Shown here in pieces: positions 18,867 to 26,587 of a stretch of DNA of 64,000 nt. The notes beneath the pieces are model-generated. The model did no database searches and was not told the origin of the DNA. It saw only the letters and a program-made list of their open reading frames with translations. The position numbers and the translations under genes are program-made. Source of the stretch: Acinetobacter phage YMC13/03/R2096; the sequence record KM672662.1. One strand, given 5' to 3'. Each line of letters opens with the position of its first letter. Within the stretch, counting starts at the first letter, position 1.

Positions 18867-18942
18867 GGGGATATAGCCCAACGGCAGAGGCAAGAGGTTT
18901 AAACCCTCTCAAGTTTCAGTTCGAATCTGAATATCCCTACCA
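18867..18942 (+). tRNA. class-I tRNA with anticodon TAA, presumably Leu (UUA/UUG)
   Basis: Acceptor GGGGATA/TATCCCT. Stem AGAGG/CCTCT pairs perfectly. Loop ttTAAac. Variable loop is 5 nt. T-arm is TTCAG-TTCGAAT-CTGAA. A73 and CCA. Confidence 0.6.
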
Positions 18943-18957
18943 GTTTAGGAGTGCTAC

Positions 18958-19239
18958 ATGGAAGTATTACTTGTTAGTGATTGTAGATGCCAAGAGCGTT
19001 ATGACTTTGCAGATATTGTAAAGGATGCTCAAGAACAAGGTATCAAAATTAAGTACACATTAGTTCCTAAGAAGATATCCTATGAAGATAGAACTTACAC
19101 ATTTGTTAATGTTGAAGATCTCACTAAGGATAAAAGTTGTATTGTTGGTAAGAAGTTTGATGATGTCTATTTGACACCAGAAGCTAAAGATGCTATACCT
19201 TTAGGGTTGCTATCATTTATACTTACAAGAATACGTTAA
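18958..19239 (+). CDS. small hypothetical protein embedded in tRNA cluster
   Basis: 93-aa ORF. An AGGAG site lies 8 nt upstream of the ATG. Confidence 0.5.
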   Translation: MEVLLVSDCRCQERYDFADIVKDAQEQGIKIKYTLVPKKISYEDRTYTFVNVEDLTKDKSCIVGKKFDDVYLTPEAKDAIPLGLLSFILTRIR

Positions 19240-19246
19240 GTTTTAA

Positions 19247-19334
19247 GTCCCTACACCCTCCAAGAGCCTTCTAAGCTCTCGACATTAAATAGGGGGAAGG
19301 TAGTCAGAGTGTTCGATTCACTGTGGGGACTCCA
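19247..19334 (+). tRNA. atypical tRNA-like element, anticodon TCT (Arg?). It has a rudimentary D-arm and a 27-nt variable region.
   Basis: Acceptor GTCCCTA/TGGGGAC and stem AGAGC/GCTCT pair perfectly. Loop ctTCTaa. T-arm is GAGTG-TTCGATT-CACTG. CCA is encoded. Confidence 0.4.
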
Positions 19335-19335
19335 A

Positions 19336-19411
19336 GCCGAATTAGCTCAGTTGGTAGAGCAGCGCACTTGTAATGCGAAGGTCGTAGACTCGGATTCTAC
19401 ATTCGGCACCA
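19336..19411 (+). tRNA. tRNA-Thr (TGT)
   Basis: Acceptor GCCGAAT/ATTCGGC pairs perfectly. D-arm is GCTCAGTTGGTAGAGC. Loop ctTGTaa. T-loop is CTCGGAT. CCA is encoded. Confidence 0.75.
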
Positions 19412-19417
19412 TATTTA

Positions 19418-19507
19418 GGTCGTGTAGCTTAAAGAAAGCAAGAGGATTTATAAACCTTTTCACTAGATAAGTGCTTGATGTGGGGGCAGTACCCACCACG
19501 ACTACCA
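19418..19507 (+). tRNA. class-II tRNA-like element with a 9-nt anticodon loop (AUUUAUAAA); identity unresolved
   Basis: Acceptor GGTCGTG/CACGACT. D-stem GCTT/AAGC. Stem AGAGG/CCTTT encloses the 9-nt loop. Long variable arm. T-arm is GTGGG-GGCAGTA-CCCAC. A73 and CCA. Confidence 0.4.
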
Positions 19508-19509
19508 AT

Positions 19510-19579
19510 AAGTCCCCCTCTGGGAGGGAAGAGGTCTCCAAAACCACTTAGCTGTGTTCGATTCACAGGGGATTTGCCA
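19510..19579 (+). tRNA. tRNA-Trp (CCA), short 70-nt form
   Basis: Acceptor AAGTCCC/GGGATTT. Loop ctCCAaa. T-arm is CTGTG-TTCGATT-CACAG. G73 and CCA. The D-arm is compact. Confidence 0.55.
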
Positions 19580-19729
19580 AATTAGATTAAGATGTTGGTG
19601 CGTGACAACCTTAATCGGCATGATTTTAGTTTATGTCGATGTGATAAACATGGCTAGATAGATATGTCGATAAAAACTAGAAATTAAAACACGTAGTATT
19701 GAAATGTTAAAAATAATTAAACAAAACAC

Positions 19730-19758
19730 TTGACAAATAGATTTTTAGTGTTATATAT
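19730..19758 (+). promoter_or_regulatory. promoter (TTGACA, 16-17-nt spacer, TATATA/TATAAT) upstream of tRNA-Met and thioredoxin
   Basis: Near-consensus -35 and -10 elements. Confidence 0.5.
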
Positions 19759-19783
19759 AATATATAAGCAATTAAGTTTTCAT

Positions 19784-19858
19784 AGCGAGGTAGTGTAACG
19801 GTTTGCACAGGGGACTCATAATCCTCTGGTTTGGGTTCGAATCCCAACTTCGCTTCCA
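19784..19858 (+). tRNA. tRNA-Met/fMet or Ile2 (CAT)
   Basis: Acceptor AGCGAGG/CTTCGCT. Stem GGGGA/TCCTC. Loop ctCATaa. T-arm is TTGGG-TTCGAAT-CCCAA. CCA is encoded. Confidence 0.7.
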
Positions 19859-19878
19859 GTTTCGGAGGATCAATTATC

Positions 19879-20193
19879 GTGTATTTAGAACTAGTAGAAA
19901 ATGAAGCATTTAGCCAGATTGGTACAAACCGAAAGGTTATCTTCAAATTTGGTGCAAAATGGTGCTCTGGTTGTAAAGCGATAACTCCAGTCCTCAAAAA
20001 ATTATCTGAACAAAATCCTGATATTGTCTTTGTAGATATCGATATTGAGCAATCGAAAGGACTAGCTGAAAGATTTAATGTTCAGACCTTACCAACTTTC
20101 ATATCTTTCCAAGAGTCCTTAAAGAAGGATACCATTGTAGGTACTCCTAAAATTACTCAGTTGAAAGAAATGATCACAAATATGCAAAAATAA
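19879..20193 (+). CDS. trx: thioredoxin
   Basis: Active site WCSGCK within a Trx fold. GTG start at 19879 lies 8 nt after GGAGGA. The track ORF starts earlier and overlaps the tRNA. Confidence 0.75.
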   Translation: MYLELVENEAFSQIGTNRKVIFKFGAKWCSGCKAITPVLKKLSEQNPDIVFVDIDIEQSKGLAERFNVQTLPTFISFQESLKKDTIVGTPKITQLKEMITNMQK

Positions 20194-20215
20194 TAAAGAT
20201 AAGCAAACACGTTTC

Positions 20216-20240
20216 TAAAACCTTTAGTTTAAGGTTTTTC
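20216..20240 (+). terminator. rho-independent terminator after trx
   Basis: Hairpin AAACCTTT-agttt-AAGGTTT followed by TTTCTCC. Confidence 0.45.
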
Positions 20241-20408
20241 TCCAACCCCACTAACCAAATAACTGTTATGGATGACACAAGTCAATAATAGGGAATAATT
20301 AAGGTTAGTGGGTTTTCTTATTTATAATGACATTTCGTGTAGATTTAAGAGGTGGTGCTTACTTGTCCTAGGCATCACCCCTTAAGTTATCAACATAGAG
20401 GACAAGCT

Positions 20409-20903
20409 ATGGAAGAAATTTGGAAGCCTGTTGAAGGTTTTGGTGGCTATGAAGTTAGTGATTTGGGTCGTGTACGTAAGGTTGACGGAACTATTGTTAA
20501 TCTATTCAACCATCCGCAAGGATACCTAAAAGTAGCCCTTAAGGTTGCTGGCCAAAAGGTTAGTAAGAAGTACGTGCATAGGCTTGTAGCTGCTGCATTT
20601 ATACCTAACCCAGACAACCTTCCTTATGTAAATCATAAGAATGGCAAGCAGTGGTGTAATGAGGTTGATAACCTTGAGTGGATATCCTCTAAAGATAACC
20701 ATACACATGCTCGTGAGACTGGTCTTATTGACTATTACAAGTCACACCGAGTAGTTTCTGTCGAGGATGTACGATACATACGTAAGCATATAAAACCTTA
20801 CGATAAAGAATTCGGTAATGGTGCTATTGCAAAGCGATTGGGCTTAAGCCGAGACCAAGTTACTGACATTGCCCTGTACCGGAATTACAAAGACGTGATA
20901 TAG
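20409..20903 (+). CDS. free-standing HNH homing endonuclease
   Basis: EVSDLGRVR..., a NUMOD4-like N-terminus, and YVNHKNGKQWCNEVDNLEWISSKDNHTHA (HNH_3). ATG at 20409 follows AGAGGA. It sits immediately upstream of the intron-containing terminase gene. Confidence 0.7.
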   Translation: MEEIWKPVEGFGGYEVSDLGRVRKVDGTIVNLFNHPQGYLKVALKVAGQKVSKKYVHRLVAAAFIPNPDNLPYVNHKNGKQWCNEVDNLEWISSKDNHTHARETGLIDYYKSHRVVSVEDVRYIRKHIKPYDKEFGNGAIAKRLGLSRDQVTDIALYRNYKDVI

Positions 20904-20912
20904 GAGGTATTA

Positions 20913-20990
20913 ATGTCGAATATATTTGCACCGTGTAGTCCAGTGCAAGCAAAGTTACTGCAAAGTGATGCAACAATTACAGTTTATGGT
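20913..20990 (+). CDS. terL: terminase large subunit, exon 1 (MSNIFAPCSPVQAKLLQSDATITVYG)
   Basis: ATG follows AGGAGG. The frame hits TGA right after ..VYGG and a group I intron follows. The exon end is approximate, 20990 or 20994. Confidence 0.6.
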
Positions 20991-21312
20991 GGGTGAATAT
21001 AGGCTCCTTTAAGTAGTAATACTTATCGAATAACCTTGTGAAATGCTGGAAACCCCTTAGAGCCTTGAGTACCGAAGTGTAACAACCTTAAGGATTGGGC
21101 AATCAGCAGGGAAGCCTCTTATTAGAGGAACCCTCAACGACTATCGAAAGGGTAACGAACCGAGTAGAGTAGGGGCAAGTGTCCCGAAGTGCAAGGCACC
21201 TCAAGTAGGTGAAGATATAGTCTGGACTCATGGGAAACCTTGAGCATGCAATTGGCTAATGTGCTGTTGCATGGGTTGGCTCTAACGAAGCCTTCTTAAC
21301 ACAATCACTATG
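20991..21312 (+). ncRNA. group I intron 1 in terL (ORF-less, about 320 nt)
   Basis: Contains conserved group I core elements: an R-like element CAACGACTAT and an S-like element GAAGATATAGTCTG. It also has the blocks CCTTTAAGT..ACTTATCGAATAACC, GAAATGCTGGAAACCCC and CAATCAGCAG, which are shared with intron 2 and with the nrdB intron. It ends ..CACTATG (omega-G). Confidence 0.65.
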
Positions 21313-21382
21313 GGGTCTGCGAAAACCTATGGAGGTCTACTAAGACACCTTCAATATGTAAATAGTCCTCATTATGTTGGGT
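21313..21382 (+). CDS. terL: terminase large subunit, exon 2 (GSAKTYGGLLRHLQYVNSPHYVG, P-loop region)
   Basis: A 23-codon open frame lies between the two introns. GSAKT preceded by exon-1 YG gives a Walker-A-like segment. Confidence 0.55.
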
Positions 21383-21631
21383 GAAAATACATGCCCCTTT
21401 AAGTGGTGACACTTATCGAATAACCCCTCTAATTGCTGGGAACCCTCTTTGAGGCAATCAGCAGCCAAGCCCAGCAGGGAAGGTTCAACGACTATTCCGA
21501 CAGGAAGTACACTCAAGTGAGTGGAAACGGGGGGCATCTCGCAGAGATGATGATATAGTCTGATCTACATGGTGACATGTAGCAAGGTTAAAACCTTGGA
21601 GTTAGCTTAACGAGCTAACACTAACAAAATG
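21383..21631 (+). ncRNA. group I intron 2 in terL (ORF-less, about 250 nt)
   Basis: Begins GAAAATACATGCCCCTTTAAGTGG..ACTTATCGAATAACC. Contains GCTGGGAACCC, CAATCAGCAG, CAACGACTAT (R) and GATGATATAGTCTG (S). A terminal hairpin is followed by ..AACAAAATG (omega-G at 21631). Confidence 0.65.
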
Positions 21632-22905
21632 ATGTTATCCGTAAAAATGAAGTAGTTCTGAGGGCTGGTGGTGGTGCTTTTGAAGAAGCCAAAGCTTTAT
21701 ACAAGGCATTTGAGCCGAGAGTTAAAATCACAGAGAAACCTATGAGGTTTCGCTTTCCTTCTGGTGCTGTAATTAACTTTGCAGGTGCTGAAGATGAGAA
21801 AGCTATGGAAAAATATCGTGGTCTTAACTTGACTGGCGTGATGGTCGATGAAGGTACACAGTTATCAGAAAGACAAATTTGGTTCTTGATCTCTCGTTTG
21901 CGTAACGGTAAAGATCCAAACATTATGCCAAATATATGGATTACATGTAACCCTGACCCTGATAGTTATTTGTTTGAATGGGTTAAGTGGTATTTATATC
22001 CTGTAGGGCATCCTCTTGCTGGAAGACCTGATAAAGATAAGAATGGATTAAAAAGATATTTCGTATCGACTCCAGAAGGTTTAGTTTGGAGTGATAATGA
22101 ACAGGAATTACTTGATAAGTATCCGCATTTATTTACAAAAGGGACTAGACCACTAAGCTTTAGATTTATTGGTGGTACAGTTTACGATAACCCACCTCTT
22201 CTTAAGAACTCACCTCAATATCTTCAAAACCTACTCCAACAGAAAGACCGAGTAGTGCGAGAACGTGAGTTGTACGGCAACTGGTTTGCACGTAGGGAAG
22301 ATTCAAGTTACTTCAACAGGTCTTGGTGTGAGATAGTTGATAAGCCTCCTGAAAGGGTCCGTAAAAGGGTTCGTTCTTGGGACTTGGCTTTCACATTACC
22401 AACTGAGACAAACCCAAACCCCGATTATACCTGTGGTGTTCGTCTGAGTAAAGATGATGAAGGTACAATCTATGTTGAAGACATGGTTCTTGAAAGGGTT
22501 GGTTCTGGGCAAATTATTGAGTTAATTGCAAAGACTGGTCTAGAAGATGCTGAGATGTTTGGTGTTGTTGAAACAACAATCCCTCAAGATGCTGGTGGTA
22601 TGGCTAAATTTGCAGCTAGGGATATGGCCTCTAAGCTAAGAGAGCATGGTGTATCTCCTATTGTAGTTCCTGTAGGTAATAAAGGCAAGCTCGTTCGTTT
22701 TATTCCATTCTCAGGTGCAGCACAAAATAAACATGTGAAGATTGTACGTGGTGATTGGAATGCAGCCTTCTTTCATCAGTTAGAAGCTTTTGGAAGTGGA
22801 AATAAGGCTGTGCACGATGATGCTGTCGATGCTGTTGCTGATGCTTATAAAAGAGTAGCAGAAAATAGAACGATTGACTATGCCATCGACTTAGCAGTTT
22901 TATAA
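21632..22905 (+). CDS. terL: terminase large subunit, exon 3 (ATPase Walker B and nuclease domain)
   Basis: ..VIRKNEVVLRAGGGAFEE..LTGVMVDEG (Walker B), plus a C-terminal RNaseH-like nuclease region. The frame is open only from 21625. The spliced product would be about 473 aa. Confidence 0.75.
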
Positions 22906-22916
22906 AGGAGTAGTCA

Positions 22917-23009
22917 TGGCTATAAATGAAGTACAAACAGTTTCTGGTTTCAGTGATACTGGGATGGTTGTTAAAAAACGTGTTAGAAGAAAAAACTCGA
23001 CCCATTAAA
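22917..23009 (+). CDS. small ORF (30 aa) between terL and portal
   Basis: AAGGAG RBS, then an ATG. Very short. Confidence 0.25.
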
Positions 23010-23055
23010 CGTTGAGTTAGGTGTTCATGGTAATACCTTCAAGGATTTAACTGAA

Positions 23056-24417
23056 ATGAATTGGGATGCTCTAACATACCCAACAAGCCTTGAAACATAC
23101 AAATTAATGGGCAAACATTTAGTTATCTCTTCAGCACTTAATCTAATTTCAACCATGATGGCTAGGGTTCCTTGGAGAATTGAAGCTTACGAGCCTAAAG
23201 AGGCTGATATGAAGAATGCTAAATTTATCACTGAAGTGTTTAATGACATGGATGAAGGTTGGCAGACTTTTATTTCAGAAGTATCAACAATGAACCAATA
23301 TGGACATTCTGTTCATGAGATTGTTTTAAGATACAGAAGATTTGAGGAAGGTTCACGATACAATGATGGTAAGATTGGCCTAAAATATTTACCAATCAGA
23401 TCACAACACAGTATTGCTGAATGGGTTTATGACCCTAATGGTAGAACCTTGCTAGGTATCACTCAGAAGATTCCTCAAACTAAAAAATATATGGGTTATA
23501 AAGAAAAAGAGATCTTTATTCCTATTGAAAGTCTCTTAATTTTCAGAGTCAATCCTCAAGATGGTAGCCCTATTGGGACAAGCCCTTTAGATGGATGTTA
23601 TAGTGCTTGGAGATACTTGGTAACTTATCAAGAAATTGAAGGTACAACTGTTAGTAAAAACCTTAACGGTGTGGGTATTTTTAAAATCCCATCTAAGTAT
23701 ATGGCTGAGCATGCCACTCCAGCAGACCGAAAGGTTTATGAGAATGCAAAACGTATTGTTTCTAATGTGAACAATGGCGAGCAAGCTGGTATGGTTATCC
23801 CTTCAGATTTTGATGAACTTAGTGGTAAGCCTTACTTTGGTTTTGAAGTTATTAACTCTACAGCATCTAATACATCTGTTACAGGTGAGATTGTTAAAAG
23901 ATACACCAATGAAATTCTTCAATGCTTGAGTGCAGATTTATTACAACTTGGTTCTACCAATACTGGTTCTTACTCTCTTGCCGATAGTAAAACTTCTCTA
24001 GTAGAAACTGTAGTTGAATCTCGTATGATGGTTATTAAAGAATTAATGAATAGGAAGTTAATTCCAATCATTGCAGAAGCTAATGGTATGGATTTAGAAA
24101 GACTACCTAAATTTGAATTTGGTGATATCTCTAGACCAGACCTTGAGACTTTCGCTAAGGCAATCCAACAACTTACTGCTGTTAATATGGTATATCGCTC
24201 AGCACGTAATGTCAACAGAATTGCAGAGATTCTAAGTCTTCCTGACATGGTTGACCCTGATATCTCTAAAGAGGAACTTGACAAGTTACTTGGTGTTGAC
24301 CAAGAAATGCAAAGTAAGAGTGGTAAAGGTTACGCTTCTGATACTGGTGGACTTAATGGAACATCAAATAAAGTAGCTAAGAAGGATAACTCAGCAAATA
24401 ATTTACAAAATAAGTGA
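23056..24417 (+). CDS. portal protein
   Basis: 453 aa. It lies directly after terL and before the protease. Call rests on position and size. Confidence 0.6.
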   Translation: MNWDALTYPTSLETYKLMGKHLVISSALNLISTMMARVPWRIEAYEPKEADMKNAKFITEVFNDMDEGWQTFISEVSTMNQYGHSVHEIVLRYRRFEEGSRYNDGKIGLKYLPIRSQHSIAEWVYDPNGRTLLGITQKIPQTKKYMGYKEKEIFIPIESLLIFRVNPQDGSPIGTSPLDGCYSAWRYLVTYQEIEGTTVSKNLNGVGIFKIPSKYMAEHATPADRKVYENAKRIVSNVNNGEQAGMVIPSDFDELSGKPYFGFEVINSTASNTSVTGEIVKRYTNEILQCLSADLLQLGSTNTGSYSLADSKTSLVETVVESRMMVIKELMNRKLIPIIAEANGMDLERLPKFEFGDISRPDLETFAKAIQQLTAVNMVYRSARNVNRIAEILSLPDMVDPDISKEELDKLLGVDQEMQSKSGKGYASDTGGLNGTSNKVAKKDNSANNLQNK

Positions 24418-24424
24418 GGTACTA

Positions 24425-25999
24425 ATGTCAAGAGCACACAGTATTATGCGCTTGAGTGAATCTGTTTTCAATACCCCACAATACATGCTTCCAGAGCACT
24501 TTGAAAAGCTTACCAGTTATATGATTGATCGTAACACTGGTAAGTTAGCTTGGCAAGTAGATATTGGTGCTGAAAAAGAAAGAGCAGCAAAAGAAAAAGC
24601 TGAAAAGGATAAAGATAAGGTTTTAGCCTTAGATCCAGTTAAAGCAAATTCATTCAAACGACCTGACTTCTCACAGTATCCTGAAGATGTTCGTGAGCAA
24701 GCTCGACAAGATTATTATGACTTCATTCAATATGACCCTAAGAATAAATTAGGTGTTTTAAATATTGAAGGTACGACTGTTTACAGAAGTACCCCCTTCG
24801 AGGCTATGTGTGGGATGACCTCTTACCAAAGACTCGAACGTACTATCAAGGCACAAATAGCAGAGGGTGCTAAAACCATCCTCATGTATGTTGATAGTGG
24901 AGGTGGTGAAGCATTCGGAAATATTGAAACAGCAGTTAACTTGAGAAATATTGCAGATGCATCTGGGGCTAAATTAATAGCCTATATTGATGGTAAATCT
25001 GCTTCAGCAGCTTATGCTTTATCAGCAGTTGCTCATACAGTGGTAGCAAATCCAGACTCAGAAGTGGGTTCAATTGGGGTTGTTGCTTCACTGATTGAGG
25101 ATACCTCAAAAGAAGAAGGTATACAAACAATCACACTATTTAGAGGTGATAACAAAGTAGCAACTGATGATGAAGGACGTTTTAAAGAAGGCTTCATTCA
25201 AAGAATCAACAACACACTTGATCGTTTATATGGTGTATTCACAGGCCACGTTGCCAAATACAGAAATATGGATGTCAAGGATGTTGTAGGAACACAAGCT
25301 TCTATGTATACCGCAGAGAAAGCCCTAGAGGTTGGCTTGGTGGATGTATTAATGACTCGTGCAGATTTCTTTGGTGATTACCTTCCAAGACAAACCCAAA
25401 GAGTTAACTCTTTAAGTTTCAGTCCGTTTGCTGAAACTGCCAAGTTCAAAACAACATGTGAGGATGTAAAACAAATGGACGTAAAAGATTTAGATTTAAA
25501 CCAAAAAGATAATCCAGAAGTGGTAACCCTGCAAAAATCTGAATATGAAGATTTGATGACTAAGGTTTCTGCTACTGATGAACAAATTAAATTGGCTATT
25601 GATGCTGCATTGGCTGAACAAGCTGATACACACCAACAAGCACTTCAAGCATTACAAGCTGATATTGCACAAAAAGAAGTTGACTTACAAGCTTTAACTG
25701 AACGTGCACAACTAGCTGAACAAAGTTTAATTGATCTAAAACATGAAACTTTAATGGCTGACCGCAGAGAAAAACTTGAGAAAGTTCTTGCAGTTGACCA
25801 AGTAGAAGGTGCAATGCAACTGGCTGCTACATTTAGTGATGAGCAATTCGAAGCTTATCATGCAACACTTTCAAGTGTTTACCAAAAATCAAAAGACAGT
25901 CTTAAAGAGAAGGGTACAAAGGCAAATGATGAAGAGCCTACCAAAGATTATTCTTCTATTTTAGGTGCTGCAATTCAAAAACACAATCAATCTCGATAA
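24425..25999 (+). CDS. prohead protease (S49/ClpP-like) fused to a scaffold-like coiled-coil
   Basis: ILMYVDSGGGEAFGNIE..YIDGKSASAAYALSA is a ClpP/SppA serine protease fold. The C-terminal 200 aa is an alanine- and glutamine-rich coiled coil. Confidence 0.7.
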   Translation: MSRAHSIMRLSESVFNTPQYMLPEHFEKLTSYMIDRNTGKLAWQVDIGAEKERAAKEKAEKDKDKVLALDPVKANSFKRPDFSQYPEDVREQARQDYYDFIQYDPKNKLGVLNIEGTTVYRSTPFEAMCGMTSYQRLERTIKAQIAEGAKTILMYVDSGGGEAFGNIETAVNLRNIADASGAKLIAYIDGKSASAAYALSAVAHTVVANPDSEVGSIGVVASLIEDTSKEEGIQTITLFRGDNKVATDDEGRFKEGFIQRINNTLDRLYGVFTGHVAKYRNMDVKDVVGTQASMYTAEKALEVGLVDVLMTRADFFGDYLPRQTQRVNSLSFSPFAETAKFKTTCEDVKQMDVKDLDLNQKDNPEVVTLQKSEYEDLMTKVSATDEQIKLAIDAALAEQADTHQQALQALQADIAQKEVDLQALTERAQLAEQSLIDLKHETLMADRREKLEKVLAVDQVEGAMQLAATFSDEQFEAYHATLSSVYQKSKDSLKEKGTKANDEEPTKDYSSILGAAIQKHNQSR

Positions 26000-26017
26000 T
26001 TAGAGGAAGTTCAACAT

Positions 26018-26482
26018 ATGGCAACTTTAGATTTAAATGCATTGTTTAATCTTGGTCACACCGAGTTTTCTGATGTTTTCCAGACTGAAGCTGGTACAAC
26101 TATTGGTTATGTTCGTAAGAACATCACAGTAACAGGTACGGCTGGTACAACTTTACAAATCGGTCACATCTTACAAGATAATGGAGATGGTACTGCCACA
26201 ATCCCTGCAACTACAGCTTCAATTACAAACCCTGTAATTTACTGTGGTGATGACCCTTACAAACAACAAGCTGATGGTAAGCGTGACTGGAATTCAAATA
26301 CAACTGTATTCACAGCAGATAACCTTACACAAGATGTTGTAGTTGTTTATCGTGGTCGTGTTGGTGTAGGTACATCTTACCTAGTATTCCCTGCCGATGT
26401 AACTCCAACTACTCGTGCAGCAGTTTACAAAGCTCTTGACGACAAAGGCTTCAAGATCATCAGACAAATCGCTAAATACTAA
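26018..26482 (+). CDS. putative head decoration or structural protein
   Basis: 154 aa. It sits between the protease and the capsid gene. Confidence 0.4.
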   Translation: MATLDLNALFNLGHTEFSDVFQTEAGTTIGYVRKNITVTGTAGTTLQIGHILQDNGDGTATIPATTASITNPVIYCGDDPYKQQADGKRDWNSNTTVFTADNLTQDVVVVYRGRVGVGTSYLVFPADVTPTTRAAVYKALDDKGFKIIRQIAKY

Positions 26483-26587
26483 TTTTAAGATATTTACGAA
26501 AAATAGTCAAAAGGAATTGATGGTGGGTGGGATGAATTTGTTTCGCCACTCATCCCATAACACTTTCAAATATGAGGAATTTATAAT

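Noticed and set aside
19418-19507. Interpreting the 9-nt-loop tRNA as an ochre (UAA) suppressor
   Set aside because: TAA is the dominant stop codon across the annotated genes. Efficient suppression would be deleterious. The loop register is ambiguous. This was kept only as an anomaly.
21340-21923. Minus-strand ORFs 21340..21537 and 21621..21923 overlapping the terL introns and exon 3
   Set aside because: They are antisense to the terminase gene and to the intron RNA, so they are frame artefacts.
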